From a bacterium (GTDB taxonomy: Bacteria; Patescibacteriota; Saccharimonadia; UBA4664; JBBRNT01): a stretch of DNA of 64,000 nt. How positions within the stretch are numbered: the stretch's first letter is position 1; each line of letters opens with the position of its first letter. This document shows positions 10,456 to 19,694 of this stretch, in pieces. The notes beneath the pieces are model-generated. The model saw nothing but the letters and a program-made list of their open reading frames with translations, had not been told where the DNA came from and did no database searches. The stretch is from positions 4,242 through 68,241 of the forward strand of contig JAYUFZ010000008.1 of the NCBI GenBank assembly GCA_043767845.1, in the 5' to 3' direction. The translations under genes were made by a program, and so were the position numbers.

Positions 10456-10481
10456 AAGCCCTCGAAGTTGACTCTGACACT

Positions 10482-10507
10482 AAAAACCACCCAAAGGGGT
10501 GGTTTTT
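10482..10507. terminator. Intrinsic terminator just downstream of the tRNA-Leu 3' end
   Basis: AAAAACCACCC-aaag-GGGTGGTTTTT, a perfect stem flanked by an A-run and a T-run. Confidence 0.6.
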
Positions 10508-10524
10508 ACTACTTCATAATCACA

Positions 10525-10610
10525 TGGTACCGCTGGTCGGAATCGAACCGACACGAGGTTGCCCTCACGAGATTTTGAGTCTCGCGTGTCTACCAATTCC
10601 ACCACAGCGG
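10525..10610 (-). tRNA. tRNA-Leu(CAA), class II with long variable arm, CCA encoded
   Basis: The reverse complement reads GCCGCTGTGGTGGAATTGGTAGACACGCGAGACTCAAAATCTCGTGAGGGCAACCTCGTGTCGGTTCGATTCCGACCAGCGGTACCA. It has a 7-bp acceptor stem, anticodon loop CTCAAAA with anticodon CAA, a long extra arm, and a GTTCGATTC T-loop. Confidence 0.85.
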
Positions 10611-10781
10611 CAAAGGAGCAGGAGAGTTACCATAACTTGTAAAACACTGCGAACTATGCTAGAATTACAGATTGCTGCAGTTCGACTTGGTCAAACTGCC
10701 TGGCATTCATAACCTACTCAGACTATCATATTTATAGCGCCTAGAACAGTCTTTTGCTCACACTAGGCCAGGGACGGTCAC

Positions 10782-11909
10782 ATGCAACAGCCCACCAAAT
10801 CACTTGATATCACACCTATTACGCCGGATCCAGTTGATCCGAGCTATTCGGCTACGCCAGCCCAACACACCCAACCAGCTAGCGAGCTATTTGCCGTAGA
10901 GGCCTACACCGACCGGCCAGAGCTCCACCAAGCACGGGCAGCTATTGCTTCGCTCCACGATGCCCACGGCTCTGTGCCAGCCACCCAGCTCCTCCCAAAC
11001 CAGATCGTCCGACCTATGGTAGCAGTTTCATCAATATCTGGCCCCAGCCTATCACCGCTGGCTAGCGCTACCGCTGGCGAGACACATTTCATGCCACTGA
11101 GCCAACCGACTTTCCCCAAGGCCACCCATCACGATAAGCGTCACGCCACCAAAAAGAACCGCGTCAAGCCGATCATAGCTGCTGTTGGCTCATTTGTGCT
11201 GTTGCTAGCACTTTTTAAGTCACAGATCATTTTCAGCCAGATCAGCTACCTCGGCCAAGCCAATAAAGCCTCAAGCAACGTGCCGGTCATTACCGGTAAT
11301 AACGAGCTTATTTCAGCAGACAGCGTCTTAAATATTCCCAAGATTAATGTCTCAGCGCCAATCGTATTCGTGCCCACGACCGAAGAATCCCAAATCCAAA
11401 AAGCACTCGAGGGAGGCGTTGTCCACTACGGGGGAACCGCCGAGCCAGGCCAAAAAGGCAATGCCGTTATCGTCGGCCATTCTTCGAACGACTGGTGGGA
11501 GCCAGGCAATTACAAATTTGTCTTCGTACTACTCGACAAATTGATCGTGGGCGACACATTTAGCCTGAATTACAAATCGACCAAATACGTCTACGAAGTA
11601 ACTGAGGTGAAAGTCGTGGAGCCAACCGAGCTTAGTGTACTGGCCCCAACCGCCGACCCGACTATTACGCTTATTACCTGCACACCCCCAGGAACCAGCT
11701 GGAAGCGCCTGGTTATTAAGGCTCGGCAAATTAGCCCTTCACCGACCAGCGCAGTGGCGACAACCACCACAGCCACCCCAACGCCAACCGGCGCCCTGCC
11801 CAGCAACCCACCAAGCTTCTTTGAGCAGATCGCCCAGTTCTTTGGCGGACTATTCGGCGGCAATAAAAAGAGTGAGACCCCTTCCGCAGGCAGCCTGCCC
11901 GGGCTTTAG
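10782..11909 (+). CDS. Sortase family transpeptidase with N-terminal Pro-rich region, TM anchor and Pro/Thr-rich C-terminal tail
   Basis: Contains the catalytic TLITC motif, HSSNDWW and a conserved Arg downstream, plus the TM segment IIAAVGSFVLLLALF. Confidence 0.7.
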   Translation: MQQPTKSLDITPITPDPVDPSYSATPAQHTQPASELFAVEAYTDRPELHQARAAIASLHDAHGSVPATQLLPNQIVRPMVAVSSISGPSLSPLASATAGETHFMPLSQPTFPKATHHDKRHATKKNRVKPIIAAVGSFVLLLALFKSQIIFSQISYLGQANKASSNVPVITGNNELISADSVLNIPKINVSAPIVFVPTTEESQIQKALEGGVVHYGGTAEPGQKGNAVIVGHSSNDWWEPGNYKFVFVLLDKLIVGDTFSLNYKSTKYVYEVTEVKVVEPTELSVLAPTADPTITLITCTPPGTSWKRLVIKARQISPSPTSAVATTTTATPTPTGALPSNPPSFFEQIAQFFGGLFGGNKKSETPSAGSLPGL

Positions 11910-11931
11910 TCGGACGCCGCGAGACACAGGG

Positions 11932-13368
11932 TTAATGTTTGGTCTCGATCGAAATAAGATCGGTTGTTTTCAGATCCGCCCCCAGCATCGGTAGCAGAAT
12001 GGCTTTTTGGTCGGCTGTCGAGTAACCTAGACCAGTCGTTTTTGCGAGATCTCGGGTATTAGCACCATCAAACTCGCTCCAGAACAGCTCACCATTTCTG
12101 GTAGTAAGCAAGTGGGCATTGTCAAACCAGCTGAGTCCGGTAACGCCAGTTCTCGAGTCAAAGGCATAGCTGCTACTCTTCTCCAGGTCATACACCCCAA
12201 CGCCATTCTCTGAGTAGTGTGACAAAAAGTGGCCATCAGCAGTAAAAGCCAAATGCAGCGCGTCTTTAGAAACAATTTTTGCCAGAGGGAAGCCGCTGGA
12301 TAGATCACTGTAGAGCGTGACAGTACGGGCCTTGGTTGGCAAAACGGCGAGCACATCCTGGTTCTTATAATTACTAAAAGCAATCTCGTAGCTATCGCTA
12401 TCAGCCAGCGCTTGCACGAGCTCTTTTTTATCTTTGCCGCTGTGGTCGATAGAGTATAAAGTTTTACCGAGCTTCGAGCTCTGGACGTAGAGTATTCGAT
12501 CAGCACCAAAAGCAAAGCTTGTGACACTCTCGGCAAGCACCGCCGAAACAGTCTGGGCATTGAGGTCTATTTTGCGTAGGCCTTCTGGGCTTACCCAGTA
12601 GAGCTCGCGCCAATTGCTGGGCGAGAATCGGAGGCTGGAGTTAAACTCATAGCGAAAAGTCTCGCTGAGGGCGATAGCCGCGCCAGGCGTGGTGGGGATG
12701 ATCTGATAATTGTTTCTCGGGCCAATGGTGGAATGTAGGAGCAGGTGCGAATTATCATCGGCCCAACTAACTTCGGCCAACACCTCAGCCGGAGTTTCGA
12801 CAACTTCGGGATTTATTGCAGTTTTGACCACCGCCGCCTTAGGCGTGTAAACCCGAGTCGGCTGGTGGCTGGTGGTGTCTAGGACCCATAGCCCAGCATC
12901 GTTACCGCTGGCCACGCTATAGGCAAACAGTTTATGGTCCTTAGAAGGCACAAGGCCGCTCATAGTCGGCTGGCTCAGCAGTGTGCTTGTTCGCAACTGG
13001 GAGGGGAGGAGCCAGATATACTGCACCCACACAACTTCCGAGGCTTTCACCTGGATTTGCTTCTGCCAAGGCTGGTAGCCGTCTTTGGTGACTGTATAAT
13101 TGTAGCTTTGGGCCTCGACTGTATTTCTAAATGGCGTCTTGCGATGGATATTCTTGCCGTTCTGCAGAATCGTCGCACCGGTCGGATAGGAGCCGATAAC
13201 CACCAGGCCGTTCAGCGTTGTACGGTGGTTTCTGAAGTCATAGCTGTAGCCACTGCCAATAGCCACAAGCACGATAGTACCGACAACGACGAAGCCGAAA
13301 CTACCGAAGAAGGATAGGATCGAGGCAATACGTTTCCAGCTGTTTTTTGGTTTTTTGCGAGGGCTCAT
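11932..13368 (-). CDS. PEGA-domain membrane protein with C-terminal beta-propeller-like region
   Basis: N-terminal TM segment. The PEGA-like block is GSYPTGATILQNGKNIHRKTPFRNTVEAQSYNYTVTKDGYQPW. Repeated W/D-containing blades follow. Confidence 0.55.
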   Translation of the reverse strand: MSPRKKPKNSWKRIASILSFFGSFGFVVVGTIVLVAIGSGYSYDFRNHRTTLNGLVVIGSYPTGATILQNGKNIHRKTPFRNTVEAQSYNYTVTKDGYQPWQKQIQVKASEVVWVQYIWLLPSQLRTSTLLSQPTMSGLVPSKDHKLFAYSVASGNDAGLWVLDTTSHQPTRVYTPKAAVVKTAINPEVVETPAEVLAEVSWADDNSHLLLHSTIGPRNNYQIIPTTPGAAIALSETFRYEFNSSLRFSPSNWRELYWVSPEGLRKIDLNAQTVSAVLAESVTSFAFGADRILYVQSSKLGKTLYSIDHSGKDKKELVQALADSDSYEIAFSNYKNQDVLAVLPTKARTVTLYSDLSSGFPLAKIVSKDALHLAFTADGHFLSHYSENGVGVYDLEKSSSYAFDSRTGVTGLSWFDNAHLLTTRNGELFWSEFDGANTRDLAKTTGLGYSTADQKAILLPMLGADLKTTDLISIETKH

Positions 13369-13498
13369 CGCAGCAATAATACTCCACCAGCGCTAAATTC
13401 TCAATCGACCAGCGGTCAGGTGCCTGGCTCCTCACAGGTTGGGTTCTGCTCGTTTCATGCTTCATGATTGACCCCAGGCTGCTATACTAGGGACAACT

Positions 13499-14506
13499 AT
13501 GTTTCAAAGACGAATTGCTATTGATCTGGGAACGGCCAACGTTTTGGTGTATGTGCCAAAGCGCGGTATTGTCGTAAACGAACCGAGCGTCGTGGCGCTC
13601 GATACTACCACCAATCGGATCCTGGCTGTCGGCACTGAAGCCAAAGAGATGCTCGGCCGCACACCGGAGACGATTGTGGCTTCGCACCCCCTGCGTGATG
13701 GCGTCATAGCCGACTACCGCATTACCCAAGCTATGATTAGGCATTATATAAACAAAGTCTCTAGCGGCTGGCGGATCACCCGGCCAGATGTCATGGTTTG
13801 CGTGCCCGCCGGTGCAACCTCTACCGAACGTCGGGCGGTCATCGATGCCACCCTAGCAGCCGGCGCGCGAGCAGCCTACATTATCAAAGAGCCAGTGGCG
13901 GCGGCTATCGGCGCCGGTATCCCAATCTCTTCGGCGGCCGGCAATATGGTTGTCGACATTGGCGGTGGCACCACCGAGATCGCTATATTATCGCTTGGCG
14001 GGATTGTAGCCTGGCATAGCGTCCGAGTCGGCGGCAATAAGATTGACGCGGCCATCGCCGACTTCATCCGCCGCAATTACGGGCTAGCCATTGGCGACCG
14101 AACGGCTGAAGAGATCAAGAAAGAATTGGGGAGTGCCTTACTGCTTACCAAGGACCGGCACATGGAAATCCGTGGCCGCGATGTGATCGCCGGGCTGCCA
14201 AAAACCATCACCATCCATGCCAATGAGATTACGACCGCCATTGGCGACGAGCTCGACAAAATAATCCTGGCTATCCGGACTGTGCTGGAGCAAACCCCGC
14301 CCGAACTATCGAGCGACATTATCGACAGGGGTATGGTACTCACCGGTGGCGGGGCATTACTCAAGAATCTCGACCGCTTACTATCCAATGTTACAGGCGT
14401 GCCCTGCGTCGTGGCCGAGGAGCCCTTACTCTGCGTGGCACGAGGCACCGGCATCGCCCTCGACAACCTGAACGACTACAAACGTAGTCTGGCAGGGATT
14501 CGCTAA
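13499..14506 (+). CDS. mreB: Rod-shape-determining actin homologue MreB
   Basis: Contains IAIDLGTANVLVYV, DIGGGTTEIAI and the phosphate-2/adenosine motifs typical of MreB. Confidence 0.9.
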   Translation: MFQRRIAIDLGTANVLVYVPKRGIVVNEPSVVALDTTTNRILAVGTEAKEMLGRTPETIVASHPLRDGVIADYRITQAMIRHYINKVSSGWRITRPDVMVCVPAGATSTERRAVIDATLAAGARAAYIIKEPVAAAIGAGIPISSAAGNMVVDIGGGTTEIAILSLGGIVAWHSVRVGGNKIDAAIADFIRRNYGLAIGDRTAEEIKKELGSALLLTKDRHMEIRGRDVIAGLPKTITIHANEITTAIGDELDKIILAIRTVLEQTPPELSSDIIDRGMVLTGGGALLKNLDRLLSNVTGVPCVVAEEPLLCVARGTGIALDNLNDYKRSLAGIR

Positions 14507-15796
14507 ATGGGTGAGCTGACTGACCAGCCGATCGGACCAGGTCAAAAACTTGCTCAGTTAGCCAGTAGCGGCTTATTACTACTCGTAGCCATCATGCCCT
14601 TCCACGCCTTCTTGACGGTCTGGGTGGCTAGTTTCATCAGCCATCGCAGCCTCCTCCAAAGCTGGAAAGAATTGGTGATCGTCATGCTTATGGGTCTCGC
14701 GGCCTGGCAGGTTTATAAGCACCCCAAAAACCATCTACCAAAGATGAGGCGCCGTTATGTCTACTTCACATTGGCTTACGTTATTTGGGCAGTTGGGCTA
14801 TCGCTTATCCGCTGGCCTGGGGCCGTAAGCTTCGCTTTCGGCATCAAAACCGACCTTTTGTTCTTGGGCCTACTGCTTGCGACCACAGTTTTGGCTACCA
14901 AAAAGCTGGCCTCTCGCGCGGCCACAGTCATTTTAGCCACGACCAGCATCGTTGTCGCTTTCGGAACCCTGCAGGCATATCTTCTGCCAAAGGATTTTTT
15001 GGTGCACTTTGGCTATGGGCCGAGCACCATTGCCCCCTACCTTGGCCTCACTGCCTACACCACAGCTTTTCGTATTTTAAGCACACTTGGCGGGCCGAAC
15101 CAGCTCGGTTGCTTTTTAATCTTGCCACTCTGCCTGCTGCTAGCATCTGCCATACATAAATTCAAATGGTGGCAACCACTAGTAATGCTCCTGGGGATCG
15201 TCACGCTCTGGCATACGTACTCACGCAGCGCTTGGATTGGCACAGCCGTCGCCCTAACGGCGACTATAATTCTATCCACCCCGAGCGCGCTGCGGCGCAG
15301 GGTAGCACTCACGACCGCAGGAGTTGTGCTAGTTCTGGCTGGCCTGACCTATTACAGTTTCCAGCGCAGCGCCAGCTTGCAGAATTTCCTCTTGCATGGC
15401 AACCTAGCCAACTATGGGCGCCTCAATACCTCCGACGGCCAGCGCCTTGATGCCCAAAACCACGCGCTCAGTGTTATCAAAAGCCATCCGTTGGGCTTGG
15501 GGCTTGGTACCGCCGGACCGGCCAGCTTCCATAGCCAGCAGCCGATAATTAGCGAGAACTATTACCTGCAAATCGCCATCGAGCTGGGGATCCCGGGGCT
15601 TGTACTATTCCTATGCCTCCTAACCAGCCTTGGCCGAGCTCTCTACCAATACTGCAACCGCCCACTCGCCGCTAGCGCCCTGGCCAGCCTCATCGGCATC
15701 AGTATCGTAAATCTATTCCTGCATGGCTGGGCGGATAGCTCGACGGCCCTTGTCTGGGCCATCGCGGCCGGCGCAAGCATGAGGCACCATGACTAA
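14507..15796 (+). CDS. Polytopic membrane protein, O-antigen ligase/polymerase (Wzy_C)-like
   Basis: About 10–12 predicted TM helices. The WHTYSRSAWIG motif is characteristic of the O-antigen ligase domain. Its start abuts the mreB stop. Confidence 0.5.
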   Translation: MGELTDQPIGPGQKLAQLASSGLLLLVAIMPFHAFLTVWVASFISHRSLLQSWKELVIVMLMGLAAWQVYKHPKNHLPKMRRRYVYFTLAYVIWAVGLSLIRWPGAVSFAFGIKTDLLFLGLLLATTVLATKKLASRAATVILATTSIVVAFGTLQAYLLPKDFLVHFGYGPSTIAPYLGLTAYTTAFRILSTLGGPNQLGCFLILPLCLLLASAIHKFKWWQPLVMLLGIVTLWHTYSRSAWIGTAVALTATIILSTPSALRRRVALTTAGVVLVLAGLTYYSFQRSASLQNFLLHGNLANYGRLNTSDGQRLDAQNHALSVIKSHPLGLGLGTAGPASFHSQQPIISENYYLQIAIELGIPGLVLFLCLLTSLGRALYQYCNRPLAASALASLIGISIVNLFLHGWADSSTALVWAIAAGASMRHHD

Positions 15797-16919
15797 AAAA
15801 GAACCGAAAGTAGCGCTAGTCCACGACTGGCTCAACACGAAGCTCGGTGGTGGGGAGCAAGTACTGCTCGACTTAGCCGAGCTTTACGCTGACGCCCCGA
15901 TCTACACCCTGTTGCTTGACGCAGACAAATACCGTGGCAAGCTCGACCTCTCACGCATCCGGACTTCAAATCTCCAAAAATGGCCAGCTGTCCTGCGAAA
16001 GCGTTCGCGCTATTTGCTACCCTTTGCCCCAAAGGCTATAGAGGGTTTTGACTTATCAGGCTACGACATCGTCATTTGTACTTCAAGCGCCTTTGCCGGG
16101 GGAGTTATTACTGGCCCCAAAACCTACCATCTCAGTTACTGCTTCTCGCCAATGCGTTATGTATGGGATTATTGGCCCCGCTACCTTCAGGAGCAGAACG
16201 TTGGTCCACTCCGGCGGGCGGCCATCCACTACCTCACCTCCAGACTGCGGTTATGGGACTACTACGCCTCCAAGCGAGTGAACAGCTTTGTGGCAATATC
16301 GCAAACCGTCAGTGCCCGTATTTATAAATATTATGGCCGACCGAGCCACATACTGTATCCGCCAGTTGACATCACGCCTTACGATATCAGCAATAAACAG
16401 GTCGGAGACTATTACGTCACCCTGGCCGCGCTAACCCCCTACAAAAAGATTGACTTGGCCATTGAAGCCTGCCAGGCCAGCGGCCGTAAACTGGTTGTCA
16501 TCGGCGAGGGGAGCGACCGCGCGCGCTTGGAGACCTTGGCTGGCCCGACAATACAGTTCGTCGGCCGAGTCTCAACCGAGGAGAAAGCAAGGCTCTTAAC
16601 GGCCGCCAAAGGGCTTATTTTTGCCAACGAGGAAGATTTTGGCATCGCCCCAGTCGAAGCCCTGGCCGCCGGCACGCCAGTTATCGCTTATAAGCGTGGG
16701 GGTGTCACCGAAACAGTCACCGACCGTGTTACCGGCTTATTCTTCTCTGAGCAGTCGACGGAAGCGCTGAAGCGTGCCCTTGATGAATTCGAAAAGCTCA
16801 CTTTCGACCCGAAGGTATTGCACAAATCGGCCGAAATCTACGACAGCCGGCAATTCGGAAGCAAATTTAGCAAGCTGGTAGAGAAGGGGTATCGTGAATA
16901 CATCAAGAAAAACAGCTAA
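15789..16919 (+). CDS. Glycosyltransferase family 4 (GT-B, group 1)
   Basis: C-terminal EDFGIAPVEALAAGTPVIA (the EX7E motif). Overlaps the upstream gene by 8 nt. Confidence 0.8.
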   Translation: MTKKEPKVALVHDWLNTKLGGGEQVLLDLAELYADAPIYTLLLDADKYRGKLDLSRIRTSNLQKWPAVLRKRSRYLLPFAPKAIEGFDLSGYDIVICTSSAFAGGVITGPKTYHLSYCFSPMRYVWDYWPRYLQEQNVGPLRRAAIHYLTSRLRLWDYYASKRVNSFVAISQTVSARIYKYYGRPSHILYPPVDITPYDISNKQVGDYYVTLAALTPYKKIDLAIEACQASGRKLVVIGEGSDRARLETLAGPTIQFVGRVSTEEKARLLTAAKGLIFANEEDFGIAPVEALAAGTPVIAYKRGGVTETVTDRVTGLFFSEQSTEALKRALDEFEKLTFDPKVLHKSAEIYDSRQFGSKFSKLVEKGYREYIKKNS

Positions 16920-17751
16920 TACCAGCTTTCGCATTCTGGGAGTTGAAGTCGACGCCCTCACTATCGAAGCGGCGATCACCCAGATTACCAGCAAAGCCCA
17001 GGATCCCACCAGCACCAGTAGCTATGTGGTAAAGCCCTATGTGGAATTCCTAGAAAGCTGCATAGCATTCCCCGAGCAGATCCAGCTCTTAAATAATGCC
17101 GAGTGGTGTTTGTCCGATGGCGTGGCGCTCAACTGGGCCGCTCACTACCTCTACGGCGGCCGGCACAATCCACTCCGCCTCATCCTTACTATCCTTGAAA
17201 TAATCGTTTACCCGCGGGCCATTCGGCGCCAGCTCCCGGAGCGTTTCGGGGGTATCAATTTTACCTGGCCACTACTAGAAGAGGCCGCAAGGCAGCAGCT
17301 GAGTGTTTATCTGATCGGTTCCCCGAAACATAACCCTATCAGCCGCACCGCGGAGGTGCTCACAAAAAGCATCCCCGGACTCAACATTGCCGGTTTTTAC
17401 AGTGGCTACCTGGATAAGCGCCTCGAAGCAAAGTTGCTGGCTGAACTGAGCCGGTTGCGTCCGGACATTATCCTAGTGGGCATGGGCTTCCCCAAGCAAG
17501 AGTTGCTTATGGAAAGGCTCACTAGCCAGCTTAACCATGGTATTTGTATCGGCGAAGGGGGGACTTTTGACTATCGGCAGTTTGGCGGAACCGCTCCGAA
17601 AGCTCCCCGCTTTTTGCAGATTATCGGCCTGGAATGGCTGTTTCGCCTGGTACTGGAGCCTAGCCGTGCCAAGCGACAGATGGCCATCCCACGCTTCATC
17701 TGGCATGTCTACCAGCAAGGATTAGAACAGAATCGTCGAAAAAACGCTTAA
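16894..17751 (+). CDS. WecB/TagA/CpsF-family glycosyltransferase (GT26)
   Basis: N-terminal ILGVEVDALTIEAAI plus ILVGMGFPKQE match conserved GT26 blocks. Overlaps the GT4 gene by 26 nt, indicating an operon. Confidence 0.7.
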   Translation: MNTSRKTANTSFRILGVEVDALTIEAAITQITSKAQDPTSTSSYVVKPYVEFLESCIAFPEQIQLLNNAEWCLSDGVALNWAAHYLYGGRHNPLRLILTILEIIVYPRAIRRQLPERFGGINFTWPLLEEAARQQLSVYLIGSPKHNPISRTAEVLTKSIPGLNIAGFYSGYLDKRLEAKLLAELSRLRPDIILVGMGFPKQELLMERLTSQLNHGICIGEGGTFDYRQFGGTAPKAPRFLQIIGLEWLFRLVLEPSRAKRQMAIPRFIWHVYQQGLEQNRRKNA

Positions 17752-17808
17752 ATTCACCTCTGGAAGGTTGCGGGCGGTCTTATCTTGATGTAGCATAACT
17801 AGTATAAA

Positions 17809-19284
17809 ATGGTGCAAAGCGTGCAGCAGTGCAATAAATGTGGTAAAACGGAGCGGGTGATTATTGGCAGCAAGCAATATTGCTCATATTGTGGCATGCT
17901 CCAACAAAGCGACGCGTCTCCCACACCGAGCGCCGCCCCCACCCCGCAGCCCGGCAAAGTGTTTAGCGATTTGCGAGCCCCCATGCCCGGTAGCCTGGTG
18001 GCGCCGGCAATAGCACCAAATGTTACGTTACCAAGCGCGCCTCCCCAGGCAGCAGTGGAGGTAGCCGTACCAATGCCAAAACACGCACCGCTGACGATGA
18101 GTTCGGTCGCACCACCTACACCCCCGGCCGATAAGCCAGCGCACCACGCGCACCAGCCTACCCACCATAAGACCACATCAACCCAAGACATCAAGCCGAT
18201 TTCTAGGCCAAACCCTGCCGCCCGCTTCCACGCCACGCCACGGCCCGCGAGCAAGCCATCCACGCTTGACCTTCGAGCTATCACTCCGACCCCGGCCTCT
18301 GCACCCATCCCAGCGCCTAAGCCTACAGCGGTCACCCCAACCGCCCAGGCGCCTGCAACGATACCCACCCCCAGCTCGACTCCGGCCGCCATCATTTCGC
18401 CTTTTGGGCGCACCCAGCAGCGTCTAGCCAAGGCGACGAACACCACCCAGAGTTCAGCGATATCCAAGTTTGGCCAAATGGTTGCCGCTCGGATTGCGCC
18501 GACGCCTGCCCCCGTAGCTACCCAACCCGCCTTTACCCAGCCCCAAACCAAGCCAACCGACTCACTTTCTGGCCTCATCAGGCCGAATTCTGTTCAGCCT
18601 CAGACCGTCCAAGCAGCGCCCCCGGCCGCAAGCGCGCAGCCATTAGTCATAAATCCGCTTCAGCAGGCAACTGTCCCACAGATCCAGCCGCAAACCACTT
18701 TTGCCTCGAAATTGCCAAATTCGGTGGTAAGCCAGATAGAGTCGCTCGCTAAGGCCGCCGGCCCGGCCATGGCCGCTCAGTCGGCAGTAGGCCAGAATGT
18801 CTCCACCACAAAACCAGCCTCCTCGCCAGCCATCAAGCCAGCGACAGTTGTAGCCGCGATAGTGGCCATCGCCATTATGGGTGGCTACACTTGGATTAAC
18901 AATTACCCGAAAATGACTGTCAAAACTGCCGCTAGTAAGGCTGGCATCGAGGCCAGCATTCCCAGCTATCTACCAGCTAACTACAGTCTGGGGAACGGGG
19001 TCAGTTTTGCGCCGGGCGAGATCAGCTTTAACCTGCACAATGCCCAAACCGGCGACGATGTGGCTATCAAACAGCGCACCACAAGCTGGGACTCGAGCTC
19101 ACTGCTCGAAAACTTTATTGCCAAAGACACCAGTCAATACTCGTCGGTCCAGGGCCAGGGCCTAACAATCTATCTGTACGACAATAACAAAGCCAGCTGG
19201 GTAAACCATGGCATTTGGTATAGTATTGATGCAACAAATAATTTGACCCGAGACCAACTGCTCAAGATCGCCTATAGCTTGTAA
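17809..19284 (+). CDS. Zinc-ribbon / Pro-Ala-rich linker / TM / DUF4367-like C-terminal domain protein (anti-sigma-factor-like architecture)
   Basis: CNKCGKT…CSYCG zinc ribbon, then a ~300-aa low-complexity PAPTP linker, then the TM segment VVAAIVAIAIMGGYTWI, then a globular C-terminus. The antisense ORF 17799..18578 was judged spurious. Confidence 0.5.
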   Translation: MVQSVQQCNKCGKTERVIIGSKQYCSYCGMLQQSDASPTPSAAPTPQPGKVFSDLRAPMPGSLVAPAIAPNVTLPSAPPQAAVEVAVPMPKHAPLTMSSVAPPTPPADKPAHHAHQPTHHKTTSTQDIKPISRPNPAARFHATPRPASKPSTLDLRAITPTPASAPIPAPKPTAVTPTAQAPATIPTPSSTPAAIISPFGRTQQRLAKATNTTQSSAISKFGQMVAARIAPTPAPVATQPAFTQPQTKPTDSLSGLIRPNSVQPQTVQAAPPAASAQPLVINPLQQATVPQIQPQTTFASKLPNSVVSQIESLAKAAGPAMAAQSAVGQNVSTTKPASSPAIKPATVVAAIVAIAIMGGYTWINNYPKMTVKTAASKAGIEASIPSYLPANYSLGNGVSFAPGEISFNLHNAQTGDDVAIKQRTTSWDSSSLLENFIAKDTSQYSSVQGQGLTIYLYDNNKASWVNHGIWYSIDATNNLTRDQLLKIAYSL

Positions 19285-19317
19285 GGGTCGCGCGCAATCA
19301 CTAGAAAGTGGGGGATT

Positions 19318-19665
19318 ATGGACTCAGACAAAGGATGGGAGCGGATAGTAGATGCCATCGACGAAAAATATGGTATCGCAAAGCATGGCCGCTACAAAGA
19401 GCCGCTGGAAGACAAGCCTGAACTCACGGCCGGTATCCAGTTCATAGAATTTAGCGCTAAGGGCAAAGACTTCCGCCTAGAGCGTGTTTCTAAGCCAGCC
19501 ATCATCGAGCGTAAGACTATTCACCACAAAGCAGCCAACTCCAGCGTGCGCTTTGAAAATATTTACGACCCGTCCGAAACCACCCACAAAACACTCTTCT
19601 TCGAACTGGTCGGCGGCGAGCAAAAGCCACTCAATCCCGAAGATATCGCCGCCACTCTTGCCTAA
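19318..19665 (+). CDS. Hypothetical protein (115 aa)
   Basis: ORF preceded by GGGGGA 5 nt upstream of the ATG. No recognisable motifs. Confidence 0.4.
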   Translation: MDSDKGWERIVDAIDEKYGIAKHGRYKEPLEDKPELTAGIQFIEFSAKGKDFRLERVSKPAIIERKTIHHKAANSSVRFENIYDPSETTHKTLFFELVGGEQKPLNPEDIAATLA

Positions 19666-19694
19666 TCAACCTAAGCAGGCTACGCTATAAGCCT

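Noticed and set aside
10524-10712. 62-aa + strand ORF
   Set aside because: It overlaps the minus-strand tRNA-Leu almost completely, and its translation (MVPLVGIEPTRG…) is simply the tRNA read backwards.
17799-18578. 259-aa Ala/Gly/Trp-rich ORF on the minus strand
   Set aside because: It is entirely antisense to the Pro/Ala-rich segment of the 17809..19284 gene. GC-rich low-complexity coding sequence generates long open antisense frames. There is no SD or motif support.
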